Below, piece after piece: positions 39,685-58,849 of a DNA stretch of 64,000 nucleotides (position 1 is its first letter; every line of letters begins with the position of its first letter). The position numbers were made by a program, and so were the translations under genes. The stretch lies in assembly GCF_009914755.1 (NCBI RefSeq), contig NC_060934.1. One strand, written 5' to 3'. The DNA comes from the human T2T-CHM13v2.0 reference genome, Homo sapiens. The notes below the pieces were generated by a model, which did not search any database, was not told the DNA's origin, and saw only the letters and a list, made by a program, of their open reading frames with translations.

Positions 39685-41973
39685 TCAGTGATGTAGCGGG
39701 GAGCTGAGATTGTGCCACTACACTCCAGCCTGGATGACAGAGTGAGACTCCATCTCAAAAAAAAAAAAAAAAGAAAGGGAAAAAAAAACCTTTTAAAGAA
39801 AATGTCAAACATGGACAGAAGTTGGTAGAATCATGTAAGGAACCCCTATGTATTCATCCACCAGCTTCAGTAATTATTTTATCTATATGCTAACCTACCT
39901 ACTCTTTCAGAAGTATTTTGATGCAAACCCTGGATATCATATTATTATATCCATAAATGTTTGGTTATGTATCTCTAAAAAGGATTTTCAAAAAAAAAAA
40001 TAACAATACTGTTATCACATCTAAAAAATTAATATTTAGAAATATTAATTCATTTCACATTATCAATTGTCTTACAAATGGTTATTTTCTTTTATTGTTT
40101 GTTTTCTTGAATCTGAGTCCAAATAAGGTTTTTACATTGTGTGATTATTAAGTTGCTTTTAATATATGGATTACTCCTTTATGTATTTTTTGTAGCTTTT
40201 TTTGTTTGAGAAACTACATTGCCATAAATCTAGAGTATTGCTTCCCCATGATGTCATTTAGCATGTTCCTCTGTCTTCCATATTTTCTGAATATTCAGGT
40301 TTGTTTGTTTGTTTGTTTAGGGCAGAACTACTTCATAGGTGGTGTACTTCCGGCAGGAGGTATATATGTCTAGTTCTTTTTGTGATGCTAACATCCACCA
40401 ATAATCAGTGCCATCAGTCCTTATGTCAGTGTCTCTCCAGTCATTTTTGTTGTTTGTGACTTGTTATTAAGTAGATTCCTGAGAAAGGGCTTATGGAAAC
40501 AGTATCGCCTATTGATAATATCTTGTTTGTGTCTTTATACCTCAAAATTATTTTGGCTCTATATAAAATTCTTGGTTCACATTTTCTTTCCTTCATTGTC
40601 TTAAATATGTTACTTTACTGTTTTTGGAATAAAGCATCGGTATAAAAAGTGAGATGCCAGTCTAATCTTTTTTCCTTATATGTGATTTTCTTAAAATCTT
40701 TTTTCTAAGTGATTTCCTTTAAAAATCGGTAGTTTTACTAGAATATATTTTGGTGGTGTTCTTTGTCAGTTTTTCTGGGTACGCAGTGTACACTTTCAAT
40801 TTGTAGTTTCATATGTATTTTTTAAAAGTTTCAACAAAATTTTCTTGAATTACAATTTTTAGCATTTGGTTTTACAGTTGCTTTGGTTTTCTTCTTTAAG
40901 GACTCTTGTTGTGCATATATTGACTGTTTGTTTTGAATCTCCCTTGTCACATCAAATCTTTTTCCTCTTTTTCCTTATTCAGTTTTCAAAATTTCTCTCT
41001 TTTTTTTTAAGAGACAGGATCTTGCTGTGTTGCCCACATGGGAGTGCAGTGGCTATTCACAGATGTAATCATGGCACTTGATAGCTTTGAGCTCCTGTAG
41101 CTGGGACTGTAGGCATGCACCACTACACATGCCTCAAAATTTCGCATTTTTAAAAAATCTGTTGTGTTTATTCAGTCTTTTACTCTTTCTAGTATAGTCT
41201 TAATTTGTGAAAAGTTATCTTTTATTTCTACTTCTTTCTTGAGTTATTTTATCTCATTGAAAAACTGAAAAGTTTTTCTTGATTTTTGTTCTTTATTACA
41301 GCATTAAAATTTTTTCTTTTAGCAGGCATGGTGGCTCACACCTGTAATCTCAGCACTCTGGGATTCTAAGTTGAGGATTGCTTGAGCCCAGGAGTTCAAG
41401 AAAAGCCTGGGCAATATAGCAAGACCCTGTCTCTACAAAAAATAAAAAAATTAGCCAGAGGTGGTGGTGTGTGCCTGTACTCCCAGCTGCTCAGGAGGCT
41501 GAGGTGGGAGAACTTCATGAGGCCAGGAGCTAGAGGTTACAATGAGCTGTGATCGTGATGCTGTACTCTATCTTGGGTGACAGAGTATGACCCTTTCTCT
41601 CTCTTTTTTTTTTTTTTTTTGAGAGTCTCCTATTGCCCAGGCTGGAGTGTAGTGGTACAATCTCGGCTCACTGCAACCTCTGTCTGCCTCCTGGGTTCAA
41701 GCGACTCTCCTGCCTCAGCCTCCTGAGTAGCTGGGACTACAGGCGCATGCCACCACACCCAGCTAGTTTTTGTATTTTTAGCAGAGACGGGTTTCACCAT
41801 ATTGGCCAGGCTGGTCTCAAACTCTTGACCTCGTGATCTGCCCGCCTTGGCCTCCCAAAGTGCTGGAATTAATTACAGGTGTGAGCCACCGCACCTGGCT
41901 GAGTATGACCCTTTCTCTTAAAAAAAAAAAAAAAAAAAAAATTCTGTTTGTGTGTGTGTATATATACATATAA

Positions 41974-42144
<171 letters not shown>

Positions 42145-42720
42145 TGAGTACCTGAAACCACAGGTGCATGCTACCATGCCTGGCTAAGTTTCATTTTTGT
42201 AGAGATGGGATTTCTCTAAGTTGCCCAGGCTGCTCTCAGTCCTGAGCTCAAGTGATCCACTTGCCTCTGCCTCCCAAAGTGCTGGGATTACAGTCGAAAG
42301 CCACTGTGCCCAGCCAATATATGATATATATGTATATTTTATTTTATTTATTATCTTTTAATTTTTTGTTGAGACACAGTTTCACTCTATCAGCCAGGCT
42401 GGAGTGCAGTGGCAAGATCCCGGCTCACTGCAACCCTCCGCCTCTTAGGTTCAAGCGATTCTTATGGGTCAGCCTCCAGAGTAGCTGGGATTACAGGTAC
42501 ACACCACCACACCCGGCTAATTTTTGTATATTTAGTAGAGATGGGGTTTCACCATGTTGGGCAGGCTGGTCTCGAACTGCTGACCTCAAGTGATCGTTTT
42601 GCCTCGGCTTCCCAAAGTGCTGGGATTATAGACGTGAGCCACCATACCCGGCCATATATGTTTGTTTGAGTTCATTCACAATGGTATGCTTTTATTTGTT
42701 TTGTGGATAAGCTTTTCTAG

Positions 42721-42891
<171 letters not shown>

Positions 42892-43017
42892 TAGCTGGGA
42901 TTAGAGTTGCTGGGATTATAGTCGGTGGCACCACGCCCAGCTAATTTTTGTATTTTTTGTAGAGATGGGGTTTCACCATGTTGGGCAGGCTGGTCTAGAA
43001 CTCCTGACCTCAAATGA

Positions 43018-43152
<135 letters not shown>

Positions 43153-43924
43153 TAATAGCACACTGCAGCCTCTAACTCCTGGCCTTAAGGGATCTTCTCT
43201 CATCAGCCTCCTGAGTAACTGGGACTACAGGCATGTGCCACTGTTCCCAGCTTATTCTGCCTCTTATTGTTTTTTTCCTTCCTAATTACTTTCTGTGAGA
43301 TTTGACTGTGATCTCTTCTGTTGCTCATTTTTAAATTAAGTTAAACTTTGAACCTTAGATGGGAAGGCATTGGTGAGAATACTTCTGGCGTCACAGCTCT
43401 AGAGCTGCTGCTTTTGTTATTTTTGTTAGTGCTTAAAAATATAGTCTGTAAATTATATCTGAGTAAAGCTGTTAAAAAAAAAGGTCTACTTTCTATTTCT
43501 AGCTGTGTCTTTCCTCATTTTTCTCTGTATCTTTTTTTTTCTTTGATCCTGTTATTCTTGGCATCCTTAGTTTAGATCCTCTGTCCAGCAGTTTCTCCTC
43601 AGTATGGGGCTTTGTCCTGGAAAGTGAGCATTGGCTGTTAATTTAGAAAGTTTTTATAGGGCCCAGCTTGCTCCAATCCCTGCAGACCTTAACTCTGGCT
43701 CCTCACAATCACCCTCAAGTATATAAAAATCCTCCCAGGTTCAGCTGCTGTTGTCAACAATTTGAGAATATGCCTTCCAGGTAGCTTTTTAGTATGCTTT
43801 CAAGATGTCAGACCTGAAAGACTGGGTCCCTGAATCACCTGTTCTTAGGACTAGCAAATTCCCCCACGTAGATACAAGAATTATCCTTCCCTGCTCATGT
43901 TTTTTTTTTTTTTTTTTTTTTTGA

Positions 43925-44020
<96 letters not shown>

Positions 44021-44377
44021 TGAGTCTCCCAAGTAGCTGGGATGGCAGGCATGCGCCACCATGCCCAACTAATTTTTTTTTTTTTATTTTTAGTAGAGAC
44101 AGGGTTTCTTCATATTTGTCAGGCTGGTCTCGAACTCTCGATCTCAGATGATCCACCCGCCTCGGCCTCCCAAAGTGCTGGGATTACAGGCATGAGCCAC
44201 CGCGCCCAGCCTCTGCTTATGTTTTAGAAATCATGAGACCATTTTGTCAGTTATTTGTTACATGTGTCATCTGTGGATTTTTAGTTTTGTTATCCTAGTT
44301 GATGTGTGTTATGTGGGAACTAGAGACTCAAAGTCACTGTCTTCCCCAGTGTCATTTTAACTAATTGTGTAGCATTA

Positions 44378-44910
<533 letters not shown>

Positions 44911-46179
44911 TTAGAGGTTGCAGTGAGCTATGAACATGACACCGCATTCCAGCCTGGGTGACAAAGTGAGACCGTCTCTTTTTTTTTTTTTTTTTTTTTT
45001 GAGACAGAGTCTCACTGTCGCCCAGGCTGGAGTGCAGTGGCGCCATCTCGGCTCACTGCAAGCTCCGCCTCCCGGGTTCACACCATTCTTCTGCCTCAGC
45101 CTCCTGAGTAGCTGGGACTGCAGGAGCCCACCACCACGCCCAGCTAATTTGTTGTATTTTTTAGTAGAGACAGGGTTTCACCATGTTAGCCAGGATGGTC
45201 TTGATCTCCTGACCTCGTGATCCACCCGCCTCGGCCTTCGAAAGTGCTGGGATTACAGGCATGAGCCACTGCGCCTGGCCTTTATCTTTTTAAAAGACAG
45301 GTTCACCAGGAGCTGTGGCTCATGCCTGTAATCCCAGCACTTTGGGAGGCCAAGGCGGGCGGATCACAAGGTCAGGCGATCGAGACCATCCTGGCTAACA
45401 TGGTGAAACCCCGTCTCTACTAAAAATACAAAAAATTAGCTGGGCGTGATGGTGGGCACTTGTAGTCTCAGCTACTCGGGAGGCTGAGGCAGGAGAATGG
45501 CGTGAACCCAGGAGGCGGAGGTTGCAGTGAGCCGAGATGGCGCCACTGAACTCCAGCCTGGGCGACAGAGCGAAACTCCGTCTCAAAAAACATAAAAAAA
45601 ATAAAATAAAATAAATAAAGTCCTTTATAAACAGATAGATGGTAAATAGTGAAAGAGTGGTAGAGGGTAATTGATTTACCTTTCTTTTCGTTGCTTTAAA
45701 ATATTCAGTAGCGGTTGTCTTGCAGAAGCTGTTTTTTAATCTTGAAGAAATTGTCTTGCTACAAAGGCTGGGGGAGAATTCCCCTTTCAGTGGACAGTAA
45801 TCTGTTTCTGTGATTTGGAGAATGGAATTCTCCATCCTCCATTCTGCTGGGTGACTTTGCTATTTAGATAGAAAGTACTAGTAGTATCTCATTATGAGTT
45901 ATATGGGATTTTATGGATTAACTACAGAATCTGAATAGTTTTTTGTTTTTATTTTTAAATTGTAATTTACTTGTAAAAAGTCAAGTTTTACTTGGTTTCC
46001 CCCAGAAACAAATGCCTTCTAAATTCTAAACAGCTGGGTTTGGTGGTGCACCTGTAATCCCAGCTACTCAGGAGGTTGGGGCGGGAGAATCGATTAAGCC
46101 CCAGGCAACACAGCAAGAACCCACTCTCTAAATGAATGAATGAATGAATCATTAAACAGTCTCTGTGTCTCACACAGAG

Positions 46180-46181
<2 letters not shown>

Positions 46182-46215
<34 letters not shown>
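46182..46215. repeat. (CA)n microsatellite, about 17 units
   Basis: Pure CA run. Confidence 0.92.
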
Positions 46216-46217
<2 letters not shown>

Positions 46218-46280
46218 TTGGAAAAAAAAATTATTCAAAAGTTGGAGACCTGGAAACCATCACTGATACCATGAATGTAG

Positions 46281-46637
<357 letters not shown>

Positions 46638-47791
46638 TGAAAAACTGTCCAACTTATTTATAGTATATTTGTTTATAACTTTTTTTCAAAAATTAGATGT
46701 TTCTTCTCTTGAAATATTTTTCTTAACTTGGGTTATATGATAACCACACAGGTTTATTTTCTTCTTTGGCTAACCTTTCCCAGTTTCTGTTGAGGTCTTT
46801 TTATATTCTTGTCTATACTTTAAATATTGGTATTCCTTACAGATCTGATTCTTACTCTACATATTTTTCATGGAGGAAAAAAGAATAGTGATTAATAGCA
46901 CAGACTTGGGAGTCAGATTGGGGTTTAAATCTCAGTTATGCTACTTACTAGCATAATTTTGTACATACGTACATATGCACACATACTTACGTACATATAT
47001 TGTCCTGCTTTTAAGAAGTGGTATTTCAAGTATCTGCTTTTGGTGAAGAAAAAGTAAATTAAAAAAATATATATTTGCCAAGCATGGTGGCCCATGCCTA
47101 TTAGCCCAGCACTTTGGGAGGCCAAGGCAGAAAGATTGCTTGAGCCCAGGAATTTGAGACTAGCGTGAGCATTTCATTTATATAGTAGATATATTTTTAA
47201 AGGGAGTCTTATGCATGAATTAAACATCTTAAAATGTATTATGGAAATTGTATAAGCTTCCTATTTAAAGGGATACTTTTGAGCTGGCCGCCATGGTTCA
47301 TGCCTGTAATTCTAGCTACTCAGGAGACTGAGGTGGGAGGATCTCTTAGCCCAGTATTTTGAGGTTGTAATGAGCTATGATTTTGCCATTGCAATGTAGG
47401 TTGGGCGACAGAGCAAGATTCCATCTCTTTAAAATAAATGAATAATAAAAGGATGTTTTTGAAATTAAAAGAATTTCCCTGGGAAGCCAAGACAGGAAAA
47501 TTTCTTGAGGCCAGGCATTCAAAAGCAGCATGGAAACATAGCAAGAATCTGTCTCTACAAAAAATAAAAAAATTGCCTAGGTGTGGTGGGACACACCTGT
47601 GGTCCAAGCTACTGAGGAGGCTGAGGTGGGAAGCATTTCTTGAGTCTAGGAGGTCGAGGCTACAGTGAGCAATGATCATGCCACTGCACTCCACCCTGGG
47701 CGACCGAGTGAGACCCTGTCTCCATAATAAATAAATAAAATTTAAAAGGTGGTATTAAAAATTACTTTCTTTTTTACCATTTTAAGATTTA

Positions 47792-47938
<147 letters not shown>

Positions 47939-48221
47939 TTAAAGCATTTTGCGTAGTGCATTTCTTTTCTTGAAGCAAGGAGTCAATTAGTATAGGAATA
48001 TAGAAGTATAGATATGTATAGATAGGTCTAATCACTCCTGTGGCTCCAGTCATTGAGTATATGGTAATGATACCCAAATCTTTTTCTCACTGGGATCTGC
48101 CTCAAGAATACTAGACCTACTAGCCACAGACACACCAACCTTTATGTTCCTAAACCTAAATTAATTAACTTTCTACACTCCTATACCCACTCTGTCTCCA
48201 GCATTCCCTAGGGCTAAATAA

Positions 48222-48944
<723 letters not shown>

Positions 48945-49063
48945 TGATTCTGCTGCCTCAGCCTCCTGAGAAGCTGGGACTACAGGCGTGCACCACCACA
49001 CCCAGCTAATTTTTGTATTTTTAGTAGAGACGAGGTTTCACCATTTTGGCCAGGATAGTCTCA

Positions 49064-49246
<183 letters not shown>

Positions 49247-49433
49247 TCAAGTGATTCTCCTGCCTCAGCCTCCCTAGTAGCTGGGATTACAGGTGTGCAA
49301 CACCATACCCGGCTAATTTTTGTATTTTTAGTGGAGACGGGGTTTTGCCATGTTGGCCAGGCTGGTCTGGAACTCCTGACCTCAAGTGATCCGCCCACTT
49401 TGGCTTCCCAAAGTACTGGGATTACAGGTGTGA

Positions 49434-49658
<225 letters not shown>

Positions 49659-50783
49659 TGAGTAGCTGGGATTACAGGTGCCTGCCATCATGCCTGGCTA
49701 ATTTTTGTATTTTTAGTAGAGACGGGGTTTCACCACATTGGCCAGTCTGGTCTCAAACTCCTGACCTCAGGTAATCCACCCGCCTTGCCCTTCCAAAGTG
49801 CTGGGATTATAGGCGTGAGCCACCGTGCTCAGCCTTCATTTATTTCTTACACCAGTTGCAGAAGCTAAACATCTGAGAATCATGTATAATGTATCTCTTT
49901 CCTTTATACATCATTTCTACTCCCTTGAGTATGTCCTTCCAATTTCATCAACTAATAGTTCTTGAATTCAGTTATGGTGTAGCCTCTACTTACCTTTCCA
50001 GCCTCATCTTACACTTCCCTCTCATTTTTTCATTTTGTGCACACACTCCATACATGCCATGGTTTTGTTTTTTTTGGGGGTGGGGAGACAGGGTCTCACT
50101 CTGTCCCCCAGCCTGGAGTACAGTGGCACAATGGCTTATTGGAGCCTCAACTGCGTGGGCCAAAGTGATCCTCCCACCTCAGCCTCCCAAGTAGCTGGGA
50201 CGACACGTATGTGCCCCTACAGCTGGCTAACTTTTTATTTTTTATAGAGATGGAATATCCTTACATAGCCCAGGCTGGTATTGAACTACTGGGCTCCAGC
50301 CATCTCCCGCTTTGGCCTCCCAAAGTGCTGGGATTACAGGCATGAGCCACCATGCTGGTCAGCTCTTGAATTTGTAGTCTACCTTGCCTAGCAACTCCTA
50401 CTCATCCTTCAGATCTCAGTCCAAAGCATCACTTTTTAGGGAATCCTTTCTTGCCCCAAGCTAGGTCAGATTGTCCTCTTATAAAGCCTCATTGCCTCTT
50501 AGACCCGTGCATCATCCATTACATTCATTGTCTAAATTTATTTGTGGTCCTAATTATTTGATTAATGTCCATCTTTCTGACCAGGATATAAAGACTATGA
50601 GGACAGAAGCAGTCTTATTTTTGTTCACCTTTTTATCCCTAGTGCCCAACATGTTGTAGGTCATTATTATATTTGTGGAGTAAATAGGTGGTCATTGCCA
50701 CCATCTTAGGCCACCGATAACCTCTTTATTTCCTTTTTCAGAAACAGGGTCTTGCTCTGTCACCCAGGCTGGTGGGTGGGTGA

Positions 50784-51038
<255 letters not shown>

Positions 51039-51677
51039 TAGTAGAGACGGGGTCTCACCATGTTGGTCTCGAACTCCTGACCTCAGGTGATCCACCTACC
51101 TCGGCCTCCCAAAGTGCTAGGATTACAGGCATGAGCCACTGTGCCTGGTCGTATAATTTAATATGTTCATGATATTTTTCTGCTTATAATCATTCAGTTG
51201 TTTCATATTGTCCTCAGGATAAAGTTCATATTCTATTCCAATCTCATCTCTCACTCCCTAACCCCTCATCCCCGCTCCCTTTTCAGTCTGTTCCAGCAGT
51301 GCTCAAATATTTGTAGGTTCCACTCCCCATTCTTTATGTATGATATTTCTTCTACCAGGAACTCCCTAGCCTTCTGCCCCTTCTTTTACCTAGTAGTTCC
51401 TTATGATGTTAGGTCTCAGCTTCAGTGCTGCTTTCCCCTCAAACAAGACTGAGTTAGATTTCCCTCTTAAGTATTCCTGTAACACTCTGAACCTATACCT
51501 GTGATAGCACACATCATACTGTATTGAAGATGCCTGTCAGCTGGTTGTCCCAGAGCCATTTCTTTATGAATGTTCTGGAACCAGGTATAATCCAGGCAGA
51601 TAGCAAGTGCTCACTGAATTCATTCATGTATATGTTAAGCTATTTAGATACCAAGGCTGAAATACTGTTGGGGTTAA

Positions 51678-51974
<297 letters not shown>

Positions 51975-52063
51975 TGAGCCTGGCCTGATCATTGTTATGA
52001 ACTTTTTGACTTTAATATAGTGGCCAGGAATACTAGGAAGTGTATTTATAATACCAGGAAATT

Positions 52064-52163
52064 TGCAGCAGAGATGAAGATCTACCTAATATAAATAGGT
52101 TCAGTGTCACTAATGCAGCAGAGATGAAGATCTACCTAATATAAATAGGTTCAGTGTCACTAA
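52064..52163. repeat. Perfect 50-bp tandem duplication
   Basis: tgcagcagagatgaagatctacctaatataaataggttcagtgtcactaa twice, with no mismatches. Confidence 0.96.
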
Positions 52164-52402
52164 AAATTACAGACATGTAAATTAAAACAACATTGGGAAA
52201 TTATTTTTGCCTATTAAATTCACAAAGATTACAATGATTTATAATATACACAAGCTGGGTAGGGTATGTTGAAATAAATACTCATAGAGTATTGAAGAAT
52301 AAAAGGTACACAACTTTTTTTATAATACAGTTTTTTAAATAATACAGTTTCTGTTAAAATGCTACATGTTCATAATTTTTGACCCAGAAATTCAACTTCT
52401 AG

Positions 52403-52822
<420 letters not shown>

Positions 52823-53136
52823 TGAATACAGCCCAAAAGTTCATCAGTAGGATATTGCTAAAATAGATGCTGGTGCATCCATATGAATAAATTATATACA
52901 GTTTAAAAAAATTAAGTAGCATTTTATCTATAGATGTGGATAGCTAAGATACACTAAATTTATCAAGTAGGTTACAAAACCCTACCTATGTAATATCCAC
53001 GTTATAAATAAATACATAAAGTCATAGTATATGCTAGTGTAATGTGAGTATGTGTGTATTAAAAAAAAAAAGTGGCCGGGTGTGGTGGCTCACGCCTGTA
53101 ATCCCAGCACTTTGGGAGGCAGAGGCTGGCGGATCA

Positions 53137-53406
<270 letters not shown>

Positions 53407-53620
53407 TTATTTCTAAGTCACTAGTATTAGGGAAGCTTTTACATTTTATGTTAAATATTTTCTGTCATGTTTGACTTTTTTTTTTTACAGTAAGCATGCA
53501 TTGTTAAAATCATCAAAGTAAGATTTAAAAACATGCAAAAGGAGCACAGACTAGATGTTGTTGTGCTATCAGTTGCAAGTATGAGCTGTACACTTAATTT
53601 TCTCCCCCTTTCTCAAATAG

Positions 53621-53782
53621 AATGCCCAGTGTTTACATGGGGACATTGCACAGTCACAAAGAGAAATTACACTAAAAGGCTTCAGAGAAGGTAGTTTTAA
53701 AGTTTTGGTGGCAACCAATGTGGCTGCCCGTGGTTTGGACATTCCTGAAGTTGACCTGGTGATTCAAAGTTCTCCTCCTCAG
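53621..53782 (+). CDS. DDX50: DDX50 exon 9 (LHGD..QSQR, motif V ARGLD)
   Basis: [54 protein letters not shown]; AG/GT boundaries. Confidence 0.97.
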
Positions 53783-54220
53783 GTAGGAAATGGGATTTGA
53801 TTTGGGAAAAATAAGAGCAATTTTATAAATTCCCATTTAATTTACAACATATTGCTTGGGATGTGAAAAATATGTCATCTCTTCTTGCTCTTAGCCATTT
53901 TTTGTTAGTGTGCTATTAAATTTATCAGATTCTGATACTTTTGCAGATGATTAACTCTATTGTTTGTATTTGAAGCATGGAGCAACAAAATCAGGCAGAG
54001 AATTACAAAAAGTTGCCATAAAGAAACCTGGGATGAGGTGGATTAAAAGGTTTTAAATCATATTGCCTTTACCCCAAAATCCACACATATAAATTGTTTG
54101 GAATGTTGAAAAGGGCAACAGGATTGAAATAAATATATTATTATTAACATTATTATTTGGATTCCGGAATGACTGCAACTTGCTAGATTTTTAAAAAATA
54201 TTACCTTTTATAATCTTTAG

Positions 54221-54340
54221 GATGTTGAGTCCTATATCCATCGCTCTGGACGCACAGGTAGAGCTGGACGGACAGGGATTTGTATATGTTTTTATCAACC
54301 AAGAGAAAGAGGTCAACTAAGATATGTGGAACAAAAAGCA
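54221..54340 (+). CDS. DDX50: DDX50 exon 10 (motif [10 protein letters not shown])
   Basis: [40 protein letters not shown]; GCA|gtaagt donor. Confidence 0.97.
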
Positions 54341-54921
54341 GTAAGTAGAGTTAAATTATTTCAGGCTTATTGTCTAAATGGTGCCTTAAAAGAGAGCTCT
54401 TCTTATATTTATTCTTACAAGTAGGTCTTCATAACTTTTCTCAGTTTAAGCTGCATTTGGCTGTGAAGCCTGTGGAGATCTAAATTTATATTAGCTTCAA
54501 GACTTTAATACAGCTTTTATTGTGAAGACAGTGGAGCTGACTTTCTCATCTTTTCCTTGAATTTCTCTCTTCATACTAAAATCAGAAGTGCATTGTGATT
54601 TCAGTACTTCTTAGTCCAGCATTGTAAATGGGTGACTAAAAGATTGTCTTGGTATAATAGTTAAGATTCTTTTAAGTATGGTACAATAGACAGTTTCTAA
54701 AGAAACTGTACATTTTCTGTGGTCTGGATTTTTTGTGGTATTTCACATTTTTTCCTATTTTTATATGTGTTTTTATATGCAATTTCATATACTTTGTAAA
54801 ATGAGATAGTGTAATAAGGAAAAAAGCTGATAGATTTAAACATCTGTTTTGTTTTGTTTTTTTTTCAAATCAGGCTTGTTTTACAAGTGAAATTCCATGA
54901 TTGTAACTAAGGGGCAATTCA

Positions 54922-56272
<1,351 letters not shown>

Positions 56273-56355
56273 TTACTCCTTCTTTTTCCCATTTTTCTTC
56301 TTATCTTTTATTTTTTCCCTATGTCTTGACCAAGAATACTATTTTTAAACCATAG

Positions 56356-56515
56356 GTCTCTGGCTTCCGTTTCTTATGCTGCTGTTGATTTTTTCCGACC
56401 ATCAGCTCAGAGACTGATAGAAGAGAAAGGTGCAGTGGATGCATTGGCTGCAGCTTTAGCCCACATTTCTGGTGCATCAAGCTTTGAACCACGATCTTTG
56501 ATCACCTCTGATAAG
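56356..56515 (+). CDS. DDX50: DDX50 exon 12
   Basis: catag acceptor; [53 protein letters not shown]; AAG|gtagaa donor. Confidence 0.95.
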
Positions 56516-56809
56516 GTAGAAATCTGTGAGAAAATTGTACATGAGTGGGAAAAGGTTAAAATTGAACATAGTAAATATTGTAGTGAATTATTGTGCTTTT
56601 TGTGCAGAAAAAAACTGTTTTGCTCTATGAGAAACTGGTCTCCTTATTTTCCTCTACTCCCTAATAAATCCTTTTTTGACAATCACCTCTTCCAAATTTT
56701 TCAAACCCACAGAAAAACTGAAAGAATAATGCAGTAACCACATACGATCCACCTAGATTCAACTGTTAAAAGTCTGTATCATGTGCTTTATATCCTTTTT
56801 TAGCTCTAA

Positions 56810-56990
56810 TTTGTAATTAAAAAAAAATGACATGTAATAATTGTACATATTTATAGGGTATGTGGTGATGTTTCAGTACATCCGTACATACCATGTATAG
56901 GTATCAGATCAGGATCATTAGCGTATCCATCGTCTAAACATTTATCATTTCTTTGTTTTAGGAACCATTCAATATCTTCCTTCTTGCTTT
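56810..56990 (-). mobile_element. L1MA-type 3' end fragment
   Basis: taataattgtacatatttataggg...gatcaggatcattagcgtatccatc...aacatttatcatttctttg is typical of an antisense L1MA 3' UTR. Confidence 0.7.
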
Positions 56991-56994
56991 ATAA

Positions 56995-57242
<248 letters not shown>

Positions 57243-58849
57243 TGATCTGCCCTCCTCAGCCTCCCAAAGTGCTGGGATTACAGGCGTGAGCCACCTCACC
57301 CGGCCTGTATTTTTTTTCTAAATCATTTGAAAGTAAGTCGAAACACCGTGATATCATCCCTAAATATTTCAACATGCATCCTCTGAGAATAAGGATATTC
57401 TGCTACATAACCACAATATAATAAGCTCATCTGTGAAAATTAATGATAGTTCTGTATCATCATCTAATATTTAGTTTATATCCATTTTTTTCTCATTATC
57501 CTGAAAATGTCTGTCTGTCTGGGTATTTGGAGAGAAATATAGGAAATGCTCACTTTGCACAGACCTTTGTTAACTGAAACTTGTATCCCAGAACCTACAT
57601 TTCATTTTGTAAGTTTCCATGGAATCCTGCAAAGTAAGAAATAGACTCTGCACAATTAACACAGTAGCATGCAAAGTAAGTAAGAAATGCCTGTGTGTGT
57701 GTGGAGGGGTTGTGTAAGTGTAACACCATCTGAACTGGCCTGCTGCCAGATTCGTATCACATGTCAAAACATACCACACCAGAACCATTGGTGCAGGTAG
57801 CTCAGAGATTTTTTACTTATTCAAGTATAAGTGAGGGGAGTTTCTTGGTGAAGAGAATTTTAAATAAGAGTTCTGTTATGTCTGAGTGGAGAGAGTGAGT
57901 GAGCGAACCTGGTCCTGGAGACATCTATAAGACTAGAGCCTGCTGGTGGGATTTTCAAATAATAACAAAACAGACTAATTTGGGCAGCACATCCCTGTGA
58001 TGGGGAGGAGGAAACAAAAAGGGCAGGGCAGGTTCACTTGGATGTGACTTATTTGGTGTAGCACAAATGAATGCTGCTGGGGTATCTGATGGTTTCTACC
58101 TGGTAGGTGTTAATAGTTTAGCTAAATGTCATTTTGCTTTGAGTGACTTATTGGGCTCCATTCCGTTTATCCATATGTGTACATATACCTATTTGTATGT
58201 ATGTTTTTAAAAATTCAGGACCTAGTTAAGTTTTACATGTTACATTTGGTATTATGTCTCTTTAGTCTCTTTTAGTCTGGAACTGTTTTCTCATCTTTTT
58301 AATTTTTTTCTGATATTGATTTGGTGAAGAGTCTTGGTCGGTTGTTTGGTAGAATATCTCACTGTCTGGATTTGTCCGAATCTCTTCAAGCATCATTTAA
58401 CTTTTGCCTTTATCCTCTTTTAAACTGAAAGTAATATCAAAGCTTGACTTTTATATTTAGGTGAAATGTTTTTGGCAAGGGTACTTTATAGTTAATATGT
58501 ACCTCATATTGCATCACATCAAGAGGCATAAAATGTTAGGTTGTTCCAGTACTAGTAATGCTTAATTTGCATTTGTTTAAGATGGAAACTGCCATATTGT
58601 AAAGGTGTATTTTACTCTCTGTAATTAGTAACTTGTGGGGTGATACTTTAGCATTGAGCAGATATCCTATCCCTAGTAACCCACCAAATGCTTAAGACAG
58701 TATTTAAAACATATTTCTTTAGAAAATACTGAGATTTGAGCTAAGAAGTACCTAAGAAGTTATTTAGTCTCAACTCTCATCCAATGAAGAATCCCTCTTT
58801 GGCAGATGGGTCATTTAATCTCTGATTAAATATCTTAGAAACAGGGTGT

